Made by a program: the position numbers and the translations under genes. A DNA stretch of 64,000 nt from Candidatus Latescibacterota bacterium (lineage in GTDB: Bacteria; Latescibacterota; UBA2968; UBA8231): NCBI GenBank assembly GCA_963422735.1, contig OY730476.1:4864001-4928000 (forward strand), given 5' to 3'. Under the pieces are notes generated by a model. It was not told the origin of the DNA, searched no databases, and saw only the letters and a program-made list of their open reading frames with translations. Each line of letters starts with the position of its first letter. Within the stretch, counting starts at the first letter, position 1. Positions 1 through 10,329 of this stretch are shown here, piece by piece.

Positions 1-2
1 CC

Positions 3-314
3 GTGCCCCTAGCGATGAAGGCTGGTTCCATCTCCATCCACCACGCCCGCACCTTGCACGGCTCGTCACTCAACCGCTCGGGTAGGTCCCGGCGGCTCTT
101 GCTGTATCAGTACGCGGCCGTCGATGCTTGGCCCTTAGCAGGGGTGAGTAATTGGGATGCCTTTAACGCCAACATTCTGCGCGGCGCACCCACCTACGAT
201 TTTCGCCTCGTGTCGCTGACGGCTCGCACTCGCCTACCAGCCGGACAGCGCAGCGGCGGCGGCATCTACGAACTGCAACAGCCGCTGCGCGAAAAACTAT
301 TCGCCGCTAGCTAG
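3..314 (+). CDS. Phytanoyl-CoA dioxygenase (PhyH) family protein, C-terminal part (runs off window start)
   Basis: KAGSISIHHARTLHGSSLNRS..RRLLLYQY matches the PhyH distal His / 2OG-binding Arg region. Confidence 0.85.
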   Translation: MPLAMKAGSISIHHARTLHGSSLNRSGRSRRLLLYQYAAVDAWPLAGVSNWDAFNANILRGAPTYDFRLVSLTARTRLPAGQRSGGGIYELQQPLREKLFAAS

Positions 315-322
315 GGGCTGCA

Positions 323-1609
323 TTGCCCTTACTCCGCATCGGGATCATTGCCGCGCTGGCCGTTGGGGCACTCTGGGGCGTCCTCTCCATTCACTGGTAC
401 CCGGCCGAAGAGGTGCTGACCATGTGGGTATATGGCTCGCCGCAAGAGGCCGAGCTGTACCGCAATGTCGCGGCCGAGTATCGCCAGCAGCACCCGGAAG
501 TCCGCCTGCGTCTAGAGGTCGTGCCCGGCCGCAGCGTCGTGCAAAAGCTGCTGACGGGCATGGACGCTGGGCACGCCCCGGACATCTGCGTATTGCACTG
601 GCGACAGATGCCCCAAGTAGCTAGCACCGGGCAGCTTTTGCCGCTCGACGACTTGGTGCGGCGCGACCAGATTGACACCGACGATTACTATCCGGTGGGC
701 CTCCAGGGTTATACCTACCACGACGTGCTCTACGGCATTCCGGTCAAAGGCAGCACCATTACCTGCTTTTACAACAAGGACCTCTTCGACCGCTATGGGG
801 TCAGCTATCCCACCGACGATTGGACGCTCGACGATCTCCTAGCCAAGGCCCAGGCCCTGACCATTGACGAAGACCAAGATGGCCTGCCGGACATCTATGG
901 CTGCACCCCGTACGACATTGCCAGCTATGTGTGGAGCATGGGTGGGGACTTCTTGCGATGGGAAAACGGGCGCTACGTCTCTAACCTCGACGATCCGCGA
1001 GTAGCCCAAGCAGTGCAGTTCTACGTCGATCTCTATTTCAAGTACAAGGTCAGCCCGCCCCGGCCCGGGGTGCGCAACGACAACGCCATGAGCACCTTCA
1101 CCTTTGAGGCCGGCCGCATCGCCATCGGCATCATGGGGCCGTGGATGCTGCCGACTTTTCAGCTTTTGGATCGCTTCGAGTGGGACGCGGCGCTCTTTCC
1201 CAAGGGGCCGGCCGGCCGGCAGACGCGCTATGCCAGCGTTGGTTTTACAATCTGGAAGGGGACGCGCGAGCCAGAAGCGGCTTGGGATGTACTCAAGCAC
1301 ATGGTCTCGGCCAAGGCGACGACCAAGATGGCCAAGTTGGGCAGCGACCTGCCGCCGCAGCGCTCGGTGGCCCGCAGCACCTATCCACGGGCGGCAACGC
1401 CCTACGAAGAAGAGGTCTTCGTGCGCTCAATGGACTACAATGTCCGGCTCTTCCCCCAGGAACTGTGGTGGGAGGACCTCTACCGCCGGATGCTCGACGA
1501 ACTCGACGCAGCACTCACCGGCCGCGAGAGCGTCGCCGAAGCCCTCGCCGAAGCCCACCAAGTAACCAATGCCTATCTGCAGCGCATCTACGCCGAAGAA
1601 ATCCCCTAA
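323..1609 (+). CDS. Sugar ABC transporter substrate-binding protein
   Basis: N-terminal hydrophobic anchor, PDI, YNKDLFD..G and GPW motifs of SBP_bac_1; followed by two permeases. Confidence 0.9.
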   Translation: MPLLRIGIIAALAVGALWGVLSIHWYPAEEVLTMWVYGSPQEAELYRNVAAEYRQQHPEVRLRLEVVPGRSVVQKLLTGMDAGHAPDICVLHWRQMPQVASTGQLLPLDDLVRRDQIDTDDYYPVGLQGYTYHDVLYGIPVKGSTITCFYNKDLFDRYGVSYPTDDWTLDDLLAKAQALTIDEDQDGLPDIYGCTPYDIASYVWSMGGDFLRWENGRYVSNLDDPRVAQAVQFYVDLYFKYKVSPPRPGVRNDNAMSTFTFEAGRIAIGIMGPWMLPTFQLLDRFEWDAALFPKGPAGRQTRYASVGFTIWKGTREPEAAWDVLKHMVSAKATTKMAKLGSDLPPQRSVARSTYPRAATPYEEEVFVRSMDYNVRLFPQELWWEDLYRRMLDELDAALTGRESVAEALAEAHQVTNAYLQRIYAEEIP

Positions 1610-2553
1610 TGAAGAACCAAAACAAAGCAGCCTTCTTCTTTCTGCTGCCCAATTTCGTCGGCTTTCTCATTTTTGCGCTTGGTCCGGTCGTAGTGGCTGC
1701 GGGCATGGGCTTCTATCGCTATCAGCTCGCCTCGGGCGCACCCGTCTTCATCGGGCTAGATAACTTTGCGGATATGGTGCTCTTCAAAAAGGTCAACGGC
1801 GCATGGGTGGCGCGCGACCCATACTTTTGGAAGTACCTCGGCAACACGCTCTTTTTGATGCTCAATATCCCGCTCTCCATGGTCGGCTCCCTGCTCTTGG
1901 CCGTGCTGTTAAACAAAGAACTGCCCGGCCGCATCTTCTTTCGCACCCTATTCTTTATTCCACACCTGTGTACTGGCATCGCCATTTATATGGTCTGGAA
2001 GATGCTCCTGACCTACGAGCCAAACGTCGGCATCATAAACGGACTTTTGTGGCAGGTCTTTGGGGTGTTGGGGATTGCGCCCGAGCGAGCCGCCGCGCTC
2101 CTGCCGGGGTGGCTAATCGACGCGACTTGGGCCAAGCCGGCGTTGATCATCATGTTTATCTGGGCCAGCGTCGGCGGCTACAACATGGTTCTCTACTTGG
2201 CCGGCTTGCAAAACATCCCGCTCGAACTCTACGAGGCCGCTGAAATGGACGGAGCTGGCTGGTGGTCGCAGCTTTTGCACATCACCGTGCCCCAGCTAGC
2301 GCCGACGACGTTTTTCATCCTCGTCACCAGCGTAATCGGCGGCCTGCAAGGCGGCTTTGAAGCCGCTTATGTAATGACCGGAGGCGGCCCCGAGGGATCG
2401 ACGACCACCATGAGCTATTACATCTACACCCAAGCTTACGAGCAGCTAGAAGTAGGGTACGCAGCGGCGATTTCAATGGTGCTCTTCGCGCTGATTTTTG
2501 CGGCGACTTTGCTCAACTGGCGCTACGGCGGCAAGCGGCTGGAGGCCGTCTAA
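1609..2553 (+). CDS. Carbohydrate ABC transporter permease (UgpA/MalF-like)
   Basis: ATG at 1609 overlaps the upstream TAA; EAA motif LYEAAEMDGA. Confidence 0.92.
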   Translation: MKNQNKAAFFFLLPNFVGFLIFALGPVVVAAGMGFYRYQLASGAPVFIGLDNFADMVLFKKVNGAWVARDPYFWKYLGNTLFLMLNIPLSMVGSLLLAVLLNKELPGRIFFRTLFFIPHLCTGIAIYMVWKMLLTYEPNVGIINGLLWQVFGVLGIAPERAAALLPGWLIDATWAKPALIIMFIWASVGGYNMVLYLAGLQNIPLELYEAAEMDGAGWWSQLLHITVPQLAPTTFFILVTSVIGGLQGGFEAAYVMTGGGPEGSTTTMSYYIYTQAYEQLEVGYAAAISMVLFALIFAATLLNWRYGGKRLEAV

Positions 2554-3455
2554 TGGCGCGCTGGCGTCAGTACCAATCAACCGCCTTAATCTATGCGATC
2601 TTGCTACTCGTGCTCAGCGGCATGGTGGTGCCGCTGGTGTGGACTTTGCTCACTTCCTTCAAGTACAACGTCGATGTGACGCTCGGGTGGATTCCGCCGC
2701 GCTGGACAACGGACAATTACGCCGGCGTATTTCGCGCCTTTTCCTTCCTCCGCTACTACGCCAACTCGCTGCTCATCGCCACCACAGTTACTGCGGTCCA
2801 AGTTGCCACTAGCGCGCTGGCGGCTTACGCCTTTGCCCGATTGCAGTTCCGGGGCCGCGATGTGCTCTTTCTCGGCTATCTATCGACTATGATGATTCCG
2901 GCCGACGTGCTGATGATCCCGCAATTCGTGTTGATGAAGAAGATTCCCGAATGGCTAAACGTGGTGTTATCAACGGATTTTTTTAGCGGTTTCCTCTACT
3001 TAGGGAGGCACTACATCGGCCATCCAGTGGGGTTAGACAGTTTTTTCGCACTCATCGCGCCAGGATGTTTTAGCGCGTATGGGACGTTCATGCTGCGGCA
3101 GTTTTTGCTGAGTATTTCGCGCGAGATCGAGGAAGCAGCGCTCATCGACGGATGTTCGGCGTGGGGCGTGTTTTGGCACGTGGTGGTGCCGCTGGCCAAG
3201 CCGGCGTTGGGGGCCTTGGCGATTTTTACCTTTCTCGGGCGTTGGCGGGCCTTTCTCTGGCCGCTGATTATGACGGATTCGGATTCGATAATGGTACTGC
3301 CGGTGGGATTGGCCAAGCTGTCGGACCTGTACGTCAACGACTACGGGCTGATTTGCGCGGGGTCGGTGTTGATGCTTTTGCCGATGATCGCGGTATTCGT
3401 CTTTTTTCAGCGGTGGTTTATCAGCGGGATTCAGCTAGGGGCGGTGAAGGGATAA
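2553..3455 (+). CDS. Carbohydrate ABC transporter permease (UgpE/MalG-like)
   Basis: EIEEAALIDGCS EAA motif, C-terminal GAVKG. Confidence 0.92.
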   Translation: MARWRQYQSTALIYAILLLVLSGMVVPLVWTLLTSFKYNVDVTLGWIPPRWTTDNYAGVFRAFSFLRYYANSLLIATTVTAVQVATSALAAYAFARLQFRGRDVLFLGYLSTMMIPADVLMIPQFVLMKKIPEWLNVVLSTDFFSGFLYLGRHYIGHPVGLDSFFALIAPGCFSAYGTFMLRQFLLSISREIEEAALIDGCSAWGVFWHVVVPLAKPALGALAIFTFLGRWRAFLWPLIMTDSDSIMVLPVGLAKLSDLYVNDYGLICAGSVLMLLPMIAVFVFFQRWFISGIQLGAVKG

Positions 3456-3475
3456 GCAATCCCAGTTGCCGCCTT

Positions 3476-3715
3476 ATGTCGTACGCACGGGATAGGTTTG
3501 GCTCGGTCCTACGGGATGATTTTGATCCGGTTCGCAGCGACGTGGATGTGCTAGTAGAATTTCTACTTGGCCGTACCCCGGGCTGGGAATTTTTTATATG
3601 GCATGAAGAGTTAGAGGCCATCTTGGGACACAAGGTCGATCTGTTTTTAGGACTGAATCGGTGGCTAGAACCCCTTGTCCGTCAGGAGATGCTGCCGCTC
3701 TATGAGCAAGCGTGA
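3476..3715 (+). pseudogene. Minimal nucleotidyltransferase (MNT) antitoxin, 5'-degenerate
   Basis: FGSVLRDDFDPVRSDVDVLVEF ... LEAILGHKVDL; N-terminus appears missing. Confidence 0.75.
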
Positions 3716-3854
3716 TTATCGGGTTACGCTGCGGCAAATAGAGGAATATGCCGGTCGGGCACAGGAGATTGGTGCGGGCAAAACCCTGGATGAACTGGTG
3801 GGCGAGAACGGCTCTGGCAAGACGACTTTTGTAAAGCTGCTGACCCGGCTCTAG
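3702..3854 (+). pseudogene. HEPN/DUF86 toxin N-terminal fragment fused to an ABC ATPase Walker A fragment
   Basis: Manual translation MSKRDYRVTLRQIEEYAGRAQEIGAGKTLDE|LVGENGSGKTTFVKLLTRL*; overlaps the MNT stop as in MNT-HEPN pairs. Confidence 0.6.
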
Positions 3855-4105
3855 CCCTCGATGCCCACGCCAAATACGACATTTTTCAGCGCTTCCTCGA
3901 ACTAACCGCCGGCAAGACCACCATCCTCATATCGCACCGCTTTTCGACCGTCCGCATGGCGGATACGATCTACGTGTTTCAGCAGGGGCGAATCGTCGAG
4001 CGCGGCAGCCACCGAGCGTTGATGGCCCAAGACGGACTCTACGCCGAACTGTTCAATATGCGGGCCGAAGGCTTTTTGCTGGATAGCCAACGGGCTGCCG
4101 GGTGA
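3854..4105 (+). pseudogene. ABC exporter ATPase C-terminal fragment
   Basis: Manual translation ALDAHAKYDIFQRF...TTILISHRFSTVRMADTIYVFQQGRIVERGSH..LMAQDGLYAELF; no start codon. Confidence 0.8.
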
Positions 4106-4497
4106 GAAACATCGAAGTGCTAGACGAGATTTGTTGTATGCCAGTAGCCCTCGGTACCTGAATCTCGATCCCCCAAGACAGAGTGGAGAATCTAGTCGTC
4201 TCTACAAAGAGACCTAGATTGCGAAGGTAGCCGACGGACGCATCGATGTGCCAAAAAAAATCTTCTTCGATGGCGGCTACTGTAGAGTCGTCGCCAAGGG
4301 AAGGGTAGTGTCAATCAAAAATCTCTCTTCCTATGCGCTTTCCAACGTCATACGTGGCAGCATCCTGTAGAGATCTACGTGGCTACTTCTCATCTCCATC
4401 ATCCTTCTCACAGCGTCTTCGAGTAACACTCAAAAACGACCCTCCTGACAGGGCGGACACTGTCAATACTCCTCACATTGGGTCGTTGAGCTCAACC

Positions 4498-5325
4498 CTA
4501 GTTGGGAACGGGAAGGATGTCTCGTTCAACTTCCCGAACTTTACCGGGAAAAGTCCGTCCTCGTACCCACATGATTGGCTGGCCTCTGCCAGCTTTTTCT
4601 CGATCAGACCATTCGGCTTGCGCGCTTAAGTAATGCGATACATAGCTGCGTCTAAATCGCTGGCTATGGTTATTGGTGCTTCTGTGCAACAGGTGAGAGT
4701 GAAACCAGATGACCGCACCGGGTGAGACTTCCACGGCAATGCCGTCCTCATCGCGGGCATTGCGGGCTAGTTTGAATTCCTTTTGCTGTGACCCCTCAAT
4801 GTCGTCGTGCTCGGAAATGGCCTGTTTGTGGCTGCCGGGGACCACGTATAGGCACCCGTTTTCGCAGTCTGCGGGATCAATTGCCGTCCAAGTGCCGACG
4901 GTAGTGGCGGTTTTGAACCGTTTGCCAAAGTAAAACTTGTCTTGGTGCCAAGGAAATCCCAATCCAATTTCGGGTGCTTTCCAAATGAAGAGGTTGTTGA
5001 TGCCCAGAATGTCTGGGCCAAGAATATCAAGAAGCGGATCTGTCAGGCGCGGATCCCGCACGCGGGCGAGGAACTCCGGGATGTAGCAACTGGGGTGATG
5101 AATCTTGTGCATACCATAGATACTAGGTCGCACGTTTTTGCCGTCCCGGACCAGGGCATTGCGGTCGATGTGGGCCATTGGCATTTTTCGCTTTCCCGCG
5201 ACAATGTCTTCGGCCACTTGCCGCAGATGATCGTTTTCCTCGTGTGAAAAGACGCTTTCGCGCACAAAATATCCATCGCGTTCCCAACGCTGGATTTCGT
5301 CGGGGATCATGCGGAAGGCATTCAT
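4498..5325 (-). CDS. Phytanoyl-CoA dioxygenase (PhyH) family protein
   Basis: WERDGY, PWHQD (HxD), NGCLYVVPGSH, HSHLLHRS, RRS motifs. Confidence 0.92.
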   Translation of the reverse strand: MNAFRMIPDEIQRWERDGYFVRESVFSHEENDHLRQVAEDIVAGKRKMPMAHIDRNALVRDGKNVRPSIYGMHKIHHPSCYIPEFLARVRDPRLTDPLLDILGPDILGINNLFIWKAPEIGLGFPWHQDKFYFGKRFKTATTVGTWTAIDPADCENGCLYVVPGSHKQAISEHDDIEGSQQKEFKLARNARDEDGIAVEVSPGAVIWFHSHLLHRSTNNHSQRFRRSYVSHYLSAQAEWSDREKAGRGQPIMWVRGRTFPGKVREVERDILPVPN

Positions 5326-5412
5326 TGGGTGAATCTCCTAATAGTCTTGCTTTGACAGAGCTTGTAAACATGTATAGTCTAAATAGGATATTAGCAGTCC
5401 ACCAAACAGCGC

Positions 5413-7167
5413 ATGAAGCGCATGAGCCTCAGTCCCTTCAAACCGTTCGCCTCTTACCTCCGCCCCTACCGCTGGGCCTTGATCGTCGGCTTGGCTTTTT
5501 TGTTGGGGGAACAGCTCGTTTCCGTCTCTATCCCCCTCCTCCTCGAACGCGCCATTAACCAAGCCCGAACCAGTCTAGATCAAGCCGCACCGGATCTGAC
5601 CTTTCTAACGTACTACGCCGCCCTTATCGTCGGCTTGGGCTTAGCGCAGTGGAGCATGGCCTTTGGTATGCGCTGGCACTTGGCCGCCACCTCGTACCGC
5701 GTCGAGCGCGACATCCGCCAGCGCTATTTCGCCCACCTGCTCACCTTGCCGTTGGGCTATTTCCAACAAGCCCGCACCGGCGATTTGATGGCCCGGGCGA
5801 CCAACGACGTCGAGGCCGTGCAGCGCTACCTCAGCCACGGCTTCCGCATGTTCCTAAGTGCCCTGTTCGGCTTCAGCTTCAGCATGGTAGCCATGTGTCT
5901 GTACGACTGGGAACTGACCCTCTACGCGCTGCTGCCCATGCCCATTATGACCGTGATCCTGCGCTTGGTGGGAGGCAAAGTGCGCGAGCGCTATCGCTTG
6001 GTCCAAGAACAGTTTGCCGCCATTAGCACCTGCTTGCAGGAAAACCTCTCGGGCGTGCGCGTGGTCAAGGCATTTGCCCGTCGCCTCGGAGAGATCGACC
6101 GCTTCACCCGACTCAATGATGAGTACGTCGAGCGCAATCGCCGCCTGATCTACATCTACAGCACGTTTTTCCCCTTCACCTTCCTCATCAGCGGCCTGTC
6201 CATGGTGTTTATTCTGTGGCTGGGTGGCATCCGCGTCGTCGAAGGGACGCTCACCTTGGGGGCCTTTGTCGCCTTCAACGCCTACTTGATCCGCATAAGC
6301 CGCCCAATGATGATGATGGGCCGCATCGTCGATGAATACCAACGCTCCATGGCTTCCATACTGCGCATTGAGTCCGTACTCAAAGAAAAGCCCCAAGCCG
6401 ACCAGCACTCAGACGACGACTTAGCAATCAAAGGCGAAATCGAATTCCGCCGCGCCTCCTTTGCGTACAACGGTCAAGTCGTGCTGCGCGATCTAGATGT
6501 CCACATTCCGGCCGGCAGCACCCTCGCTATCGTTGGCCGGGTCGGCTCGGGCAAGAGCACGCTGGCCCGGCTCATCCCCCGCCTCATCCAGGCCGGCGAG
6601 GGCCAAATCCTCATTGACGGCAAACCGATTGAACAAATGCCACTGCGCGCCTTCCGCGACGCCATCGGCTATGTGCCGCAGGACACCTTCCTCTTTTCCG
6701 AAAGCATCCGCGACAACATCGCCCTCGACTTGGCCGCCCCGGACGAGGTCGAACGCGCCATCGAGGTGGCCCAACTAGCCGCGGACCTCAAGACCTTTCC
6801 CCAAGGGTTGGAAACCATAGTCGGCGAGCGCGGCGTCACCTTGTCGGGCGGGCAGAAGCAGCGCGCGGCTTTGGCCCGCTCGGTTGTGCGACAACCAAAA
6901 ATCCTCATCCTCGACGACGCCTTGGCCAGCGTCGATACCCGCACCGAAGAGCAAATCCTCAAGCGTCTGCGCGACATCATGGCCGATCGCACTACCATCC
7001 TCATCGCCCATCGCCTCTCCACCGTTATGGCCGCGGATCACATCATTGTGCTCGACGAAGGGCACATTGTCGAAGAGGGCACCCACGACCAATTGCTCGC
7101 AGGCGATGGCCTGTACGCCGAGATGTACCGCCGCCAGCACCTGACCGAGGAATTGAGCGGTCTCTAA
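5413..7167 (+). CDS. Multidrug-type ABC exporter, fused permease/ATPase (MdlA/YheI-like)
   Basis: TGDLMARATND, GRVGSGKS, LSGGQKQR, ILDDALASVD. Confidence 0.93.
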   Translation: MKRMSLSPFKPFASYLRPYRWALIVGLAFLLGEQLVSVSIPLLLERAINQARTSLDQAAPDLTFLTYYAALIVGLGLAQWSMAFGMRWHLAATSYRVERDIRQRYFAHLLTLPLGYFQQARTGDLMARATNDVEAVQRYLSHGFRMFLSALFGFSFSMVAMCLYDWELTLYALLPMPIMTVILRLVGGKVRERYRLVQEQFAAISTCLQENLSGVRVVKAFARRLGEIDRFTRLNDEYVERNRRLIYIYSTFFPFTFLISGLSMVFILWLGGIRVVEGTLTLGAFVAFNAYLIRISRPMMMMGRIVDEYQRSMASILRIESVLKEKPQADQHSDDDLAIKGEIEFRRASFAYNGQVVLRDLDVHIPAGSTLAIVGRVGSGKSTLARLIPRLIQAGEGQILIDGKPIEQMPLRAFRDAIGYVPQDTFLFSESIRDNIALDLAAPDEVERAIEVAQLAADLKTFPQGLETIVGERGVTLSGGQKQRAALARSVVRQPKILILDDALASVDTRTEEQILKRLRDIMADRTTILIAHRLSTVMAADHIIVLDEGHIVEEGTHDQLLAGDGLYAEMYRRQHLTEELSGL

Positions 7168-8945
7168 TGCCGCCGATGATCCGCGACGAGCAGGAAATAG
7201 ACCAAAAGTCCATCGATCTCCGCCTAGTGGCGAGGCTGTTGGGTTTCTTGCGGCCCTACTGGCCTTGGGCCGTCTCGACTTTATTGCTCATCCTCGCCGC
7301 CTCACTGGCTCGCCAGGCCGGTCCTGTGCTGACCAAAATAGCCGTTGACGACCACATCGTGCCCGGCGATCTGGACGGCCTAGGCCCCCTCGTCCTGCTT
7401 TTTGCCGCGCTGTTGGTAGCTCAATTTGCCATTGGCTATGCCCAAAGCTGGATCACCAGTATAGTCGGCCAGTGGACCATGCGCGACGTGCGCTTGAACA
7501 TTTTCACCTGCCTACAGCACCTGCCGCTCAAATTCTTCGATCGCACCCCCATCGGCCGGCTGATGGCGCGCAATACCAGCGATGTCGATGCACTCAACGA
7601 ATTCTTCACCTACGGCGCGGTCTCCCTAGTGACGGAAGCCGTCACCATCGCCTCTATTCTGTTTTACATCTTCTACTATCTCGATGTCGAGTTGGGCCTG
7701 CTCACCTGCGCCTTTTTGCCGGTGGCCTTTGCCGCCACCCTGTGGCTGCAAAACCGCACTTACCGGGCCTTTCGCCAAGCCCGCACCCGCTTTGCCCGCT
7801 TCAGTGCCGATTTGCAGGAAACCCTGTCGGGTATAGAGGTAGTAAAACTGTTCAACTGCGAGCCGCGCAGTGCCCGCCGCTTTAACGAGGGCACCGACGA
7901 ATACCTCGACGCCCGCTTGGTCCGCACCCTGTACCACTCGGCCTATTTCCCCTTTATGGAATTATGCGGTGCTGCCCTGATGGCTCTGGTGCTGTGGTAC
8001 GGTGTCGGCCAAGTGCTGCGCGAGGAAATCGCCTGGGGCGTTTTGGTGGCCATGCTGCAATACGTGCCTCGCTTCTTCATGCCCATCCGCAACCTAGCCG
8101 AGGAATACGCCACCGTGCAGGTGGCCATGGCCTCTTCCGAGCGCATCTTTGAACTGATTGACGCCGAGCCAGAGCCGGTCGGCGGTTCTGTACGCCGGGA
8201 GCGCATCGCCGGTGCTATCGAATTCCGCCACGTGTGGTTTGCTTATGAAGGGAAAGAATGGGTCCTGCGCGATGTTTCTTTTTGCGCCGCACCGGGCCAG
8301 AGCTTGGCACTAGTCGGAGCTACCGGCTCGGGCAAGACTACTATCGTCAGCTTGCTGTGCCGCTTTTACGAGATTCAACGAGGGCAAATTTTGGTTGACG
8401 GCATCGACATCCTCGAGTGGGATGTGGAAGCGCTGCGGCGGCGCTTAGGTCTAGTGCAGCAGGATGTCTTTCTCTTTGCCGGCGACATTGCCAGCAATAT
8501 CCGCCTCGGTGCTCCCGAGCTGTCGGACGAAGCGGTCGCACAGGCGGCCCGCTATGTCAACGCCGACCGCTTTATCGACCGCCTGCCCAACACCTACCAG
8601 CACGAGGTACAAGAGCGCGGAGCGGCCCTGTCTGCCGGCCAGCGTCAGCTTTTGTCCTTTGCCCGCGCCCTAGCTGCGGACCCGGACATTCTGGTGCTGG
8701 ACGAAGCCACTGCCCACATCGACACCGAGACCGAAGGCTGGATCCAAGAGGCCGTGAAAAAACTGATGCGCGACCGCACCTCCATTGTCATTGCCCATCG
8801 CCTGTCCACCATCCGCAGCGCCGACAAAATCCTCGTGCTGCACCGAGGTCAGTTGCGCGAAGAGGGTCGCCACGAAGAACTTCTAGCCCAAGACGGCATT
8901 TACGCCCGCCTGCATCAATTGCAATACAACGAAGCCCTTACCTAG
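7167..8945 (+). CDS. Multidrug-type ABC exporter, fused permease/ATPase (MdlB/YheH-like heterodimer partner)
   Basis: GATGSGKT, LSAGQRQL, LDEATAHID; start overlaps the upstream stop. Confidence 0.93.
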   Translation: MPPMIRDEQEIDQKSIDLRLVARLLGFLRPYWPWAVSTLLLILAASLARQAGPVLTKIAVDDHIVPGDLDGLGPLVLLFAALLVAQFAIGYAQSWITSIVGQWTMRDVRLNIFTCLQHLPLKFFDRTPIGRLMARNTSDVDALNEFFTYGAVSLVTEAVTIASILFYIFYYLDVELGLLTCAFLPVAFAATLWLQNRTYRAFRQARTRFARFSADLQETLSGIEVVKLFNCEPRSARRFNEGTDEYLDARLVRTLYHSAYFPFMELCGAALMALVLWYGVGQVLREEIAWGVLVAMLQYVPRFFMPIRNLAEEYATVQVAMASSERIFELIDAEPEPVGGSVRRERIAGAIEFRHVWFAYEGKEWVLRDVSFCAAPGQSLALVGATGSGKTTIVSLLCRFYEIQRGQILVDGIDILEWDVEALRRRLGLVQQDVFLFAGDIASNIRLGAPELSDEAVAQAARYVNADRFIDRLPNTYQHEVQERGAALSAGQRQLLSFARALAADPDILVLDEATAHIDTETEGWIQEAVKKLMRDRTSIVIAHRLSTIRSADKILVLHRGQLREEGRHEELLAQDGIYARLHQLQYNEALT

Positions 8946-9086
8946 CGAGCGCAACTCTCCGGCCAAACGCGTCCTATTTACCGCTATAATTGACGGAATT
9001 TCCTAGTGTACGGTTGGGGATTCCGGTTTCATGTAGGCGGTATCACTCGGCTGGCCCGTAGCCCTCGTCCGGGCCAGCGTGGTCCC

Positions 9087-9414
9087 CGTCGCCAAGGGGG
9101 CGGATGGAACGGATCACTAACCACGGATCACTAACCACTAACTAGGGGAACTGACCCTCCTTCAATGTGGATCTTAGTCAAAACCGCGTCGCCAAGGGGG
9201 CGGATGGAACGGACCACTAACCACGGATCACTAACCACTAACTAGGGGAACTGACCCTCCTTCAATGTGGATCTTAGTCAAAACCGCGTCGCCAAGGGGG
9301 CGGATGGAACGGACCACTAACCACGGATCACTAACCACTAACCACTGATTAAACAGTCCTTATTCTAGGATAATAGGGGAACTGACCCTCCTTCAATGTG
9401 GATCTTAGTCAAAA
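9087..9414. repeat. Tandem repeat of a 100-bp unit (units start 9087, 9187, 9287; third unit interrupted) containing CCACTAA heptamers and a 41-bp element
   Basis: Near-identical copies read directly; TAGGGGAACTGACCCTCCTTCAATGTGGATCTTAGTCAAAA at 9143, 9243 and 9374. Confidence 0.95.
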
Positions 9415-9472
9415 GACCTCGAGAAGATCCTCCTCGCCCGACGCCCAACCTAGCTGCCAACGAGGAAAACCT

Positions 9473-9982
9473 ATGGCCACTTACTATCCCTCCATAACCG
9501 ACGACCAAGCCGCGCTGATCCGCAACGCGTCGTTGTTTTTCGTCGCCTCCGCCGATCCCGCGCTCGCGACTGGCCCCGAAGGCATCGGTCCGGTCAATCT
9601 CTCGCCCAAGGGTGGCGTACCGCTGCACGTGATTGATCCCAACCAAGTGGCCTTCCTCGACTACTTGGGCAGCGGCAACGAAACAGCGCGGCACGTGGTG
9701 TCCGGCGGCCCTATTACCGTCATGGTTTGCTCTTTTGAAGGAGCAGACGCCGGCATCATTCGCCTCTACGGCAAAGCCACCGTCACCTCGCTCGAAGAAT
9801 CGCCCCACGCCGCGTTGCTGCTACAAACGGAGTCCGAACACCTGCGGACCAAACGCCAAGTAATCGAAGTCGAAGTCGAACTGACCGGTACTAGTTGTGG
9901 CTATGGCGTCCCGGTAATGGAATTAGTGCGCGAGCGCCGCGTCGAAGACCGAGGCCGCCGCTACAAGGACCGCAAAAAGTAA
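9473..9982 (+). CDS. Pyridoxamine 5'-phosphate oxidase family FMN-binding protein
   Basis: FFVASA, VNLSPKGG, LDYLGSGNETARH, TSCGYGVP; GAGG RBS before ATG 9473. Confidence 0.88.
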   Translation: MATYYPSITDDQAALIRNASLFFVASADPALATGPEGIGPVNLSPKGGVPLHVIDPNQVAFLDYLGSGNETARHVVSGGPITVMVCSFEGADAGIIRLYGKATVTSLEESPHAALLLQTESEHLRTKRQVIEVEVELTGTSCGYGVPVMELVRERRVEDRGRRYKDRKK

Positions 9983-10046
9983 ACCGACGCGACGGGAAAA
10001 GTCCTAGAAGCCGTCTGGAAATTGACATACCATAACCGATCTTGAT

Positions 10047-10328
10047 ATGTGGAGTATTCTCGAACACCGAAGGGTGGATAAGCAGGTACAATCCATGCCC
10101 CAAGAAGTCCTCAAGCATTACGAAAAGTGGAAGGATATCGTCGTGATCTCTGGTCCCGAAGGCTTGAGGCTCATCAAAGGGTTCCACGACGAAGCACTGC
10201 GGGGCCAATAGAAAGGATGTAGGTCGTCTCGTCTCGGCCTTCACTATCGCGTCATATACAAAATTGAAGCCAGCGAAATCCTCGTGCAAGTTGCGAGTCT
10301 GACAGCACCCTATTACCGGAGACCATGA
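10047..10328 (+). pseudogene. RelE/HigB-like mRNA interferase toxin with in-frame TAG at 10209
   Basis: Manual translation ...LRLIKGFHDEALRGQ*KGCRSSRLGLHYRVIYKI...; TAG probably replaces a Trp TGG; TTGACA at 10022. Confidence 0.85.
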
Positions 10329-10329
10329 A

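Noticed and set aside
4106-4497. Possible small gene or sRNA in a lower-GC spacer with a hairpin near 4191-4218
   Set aside because: No convincing ORF, RBS or recognisable RNA motif
9143-9414. CRISPR array (41-bp repeat x3; the reverse strand starts GTTTTG and contains ATTGAAG)
   Set aside because: The intervening sequences are copies of each other rather than unique spacers, and no cas genes are in the window
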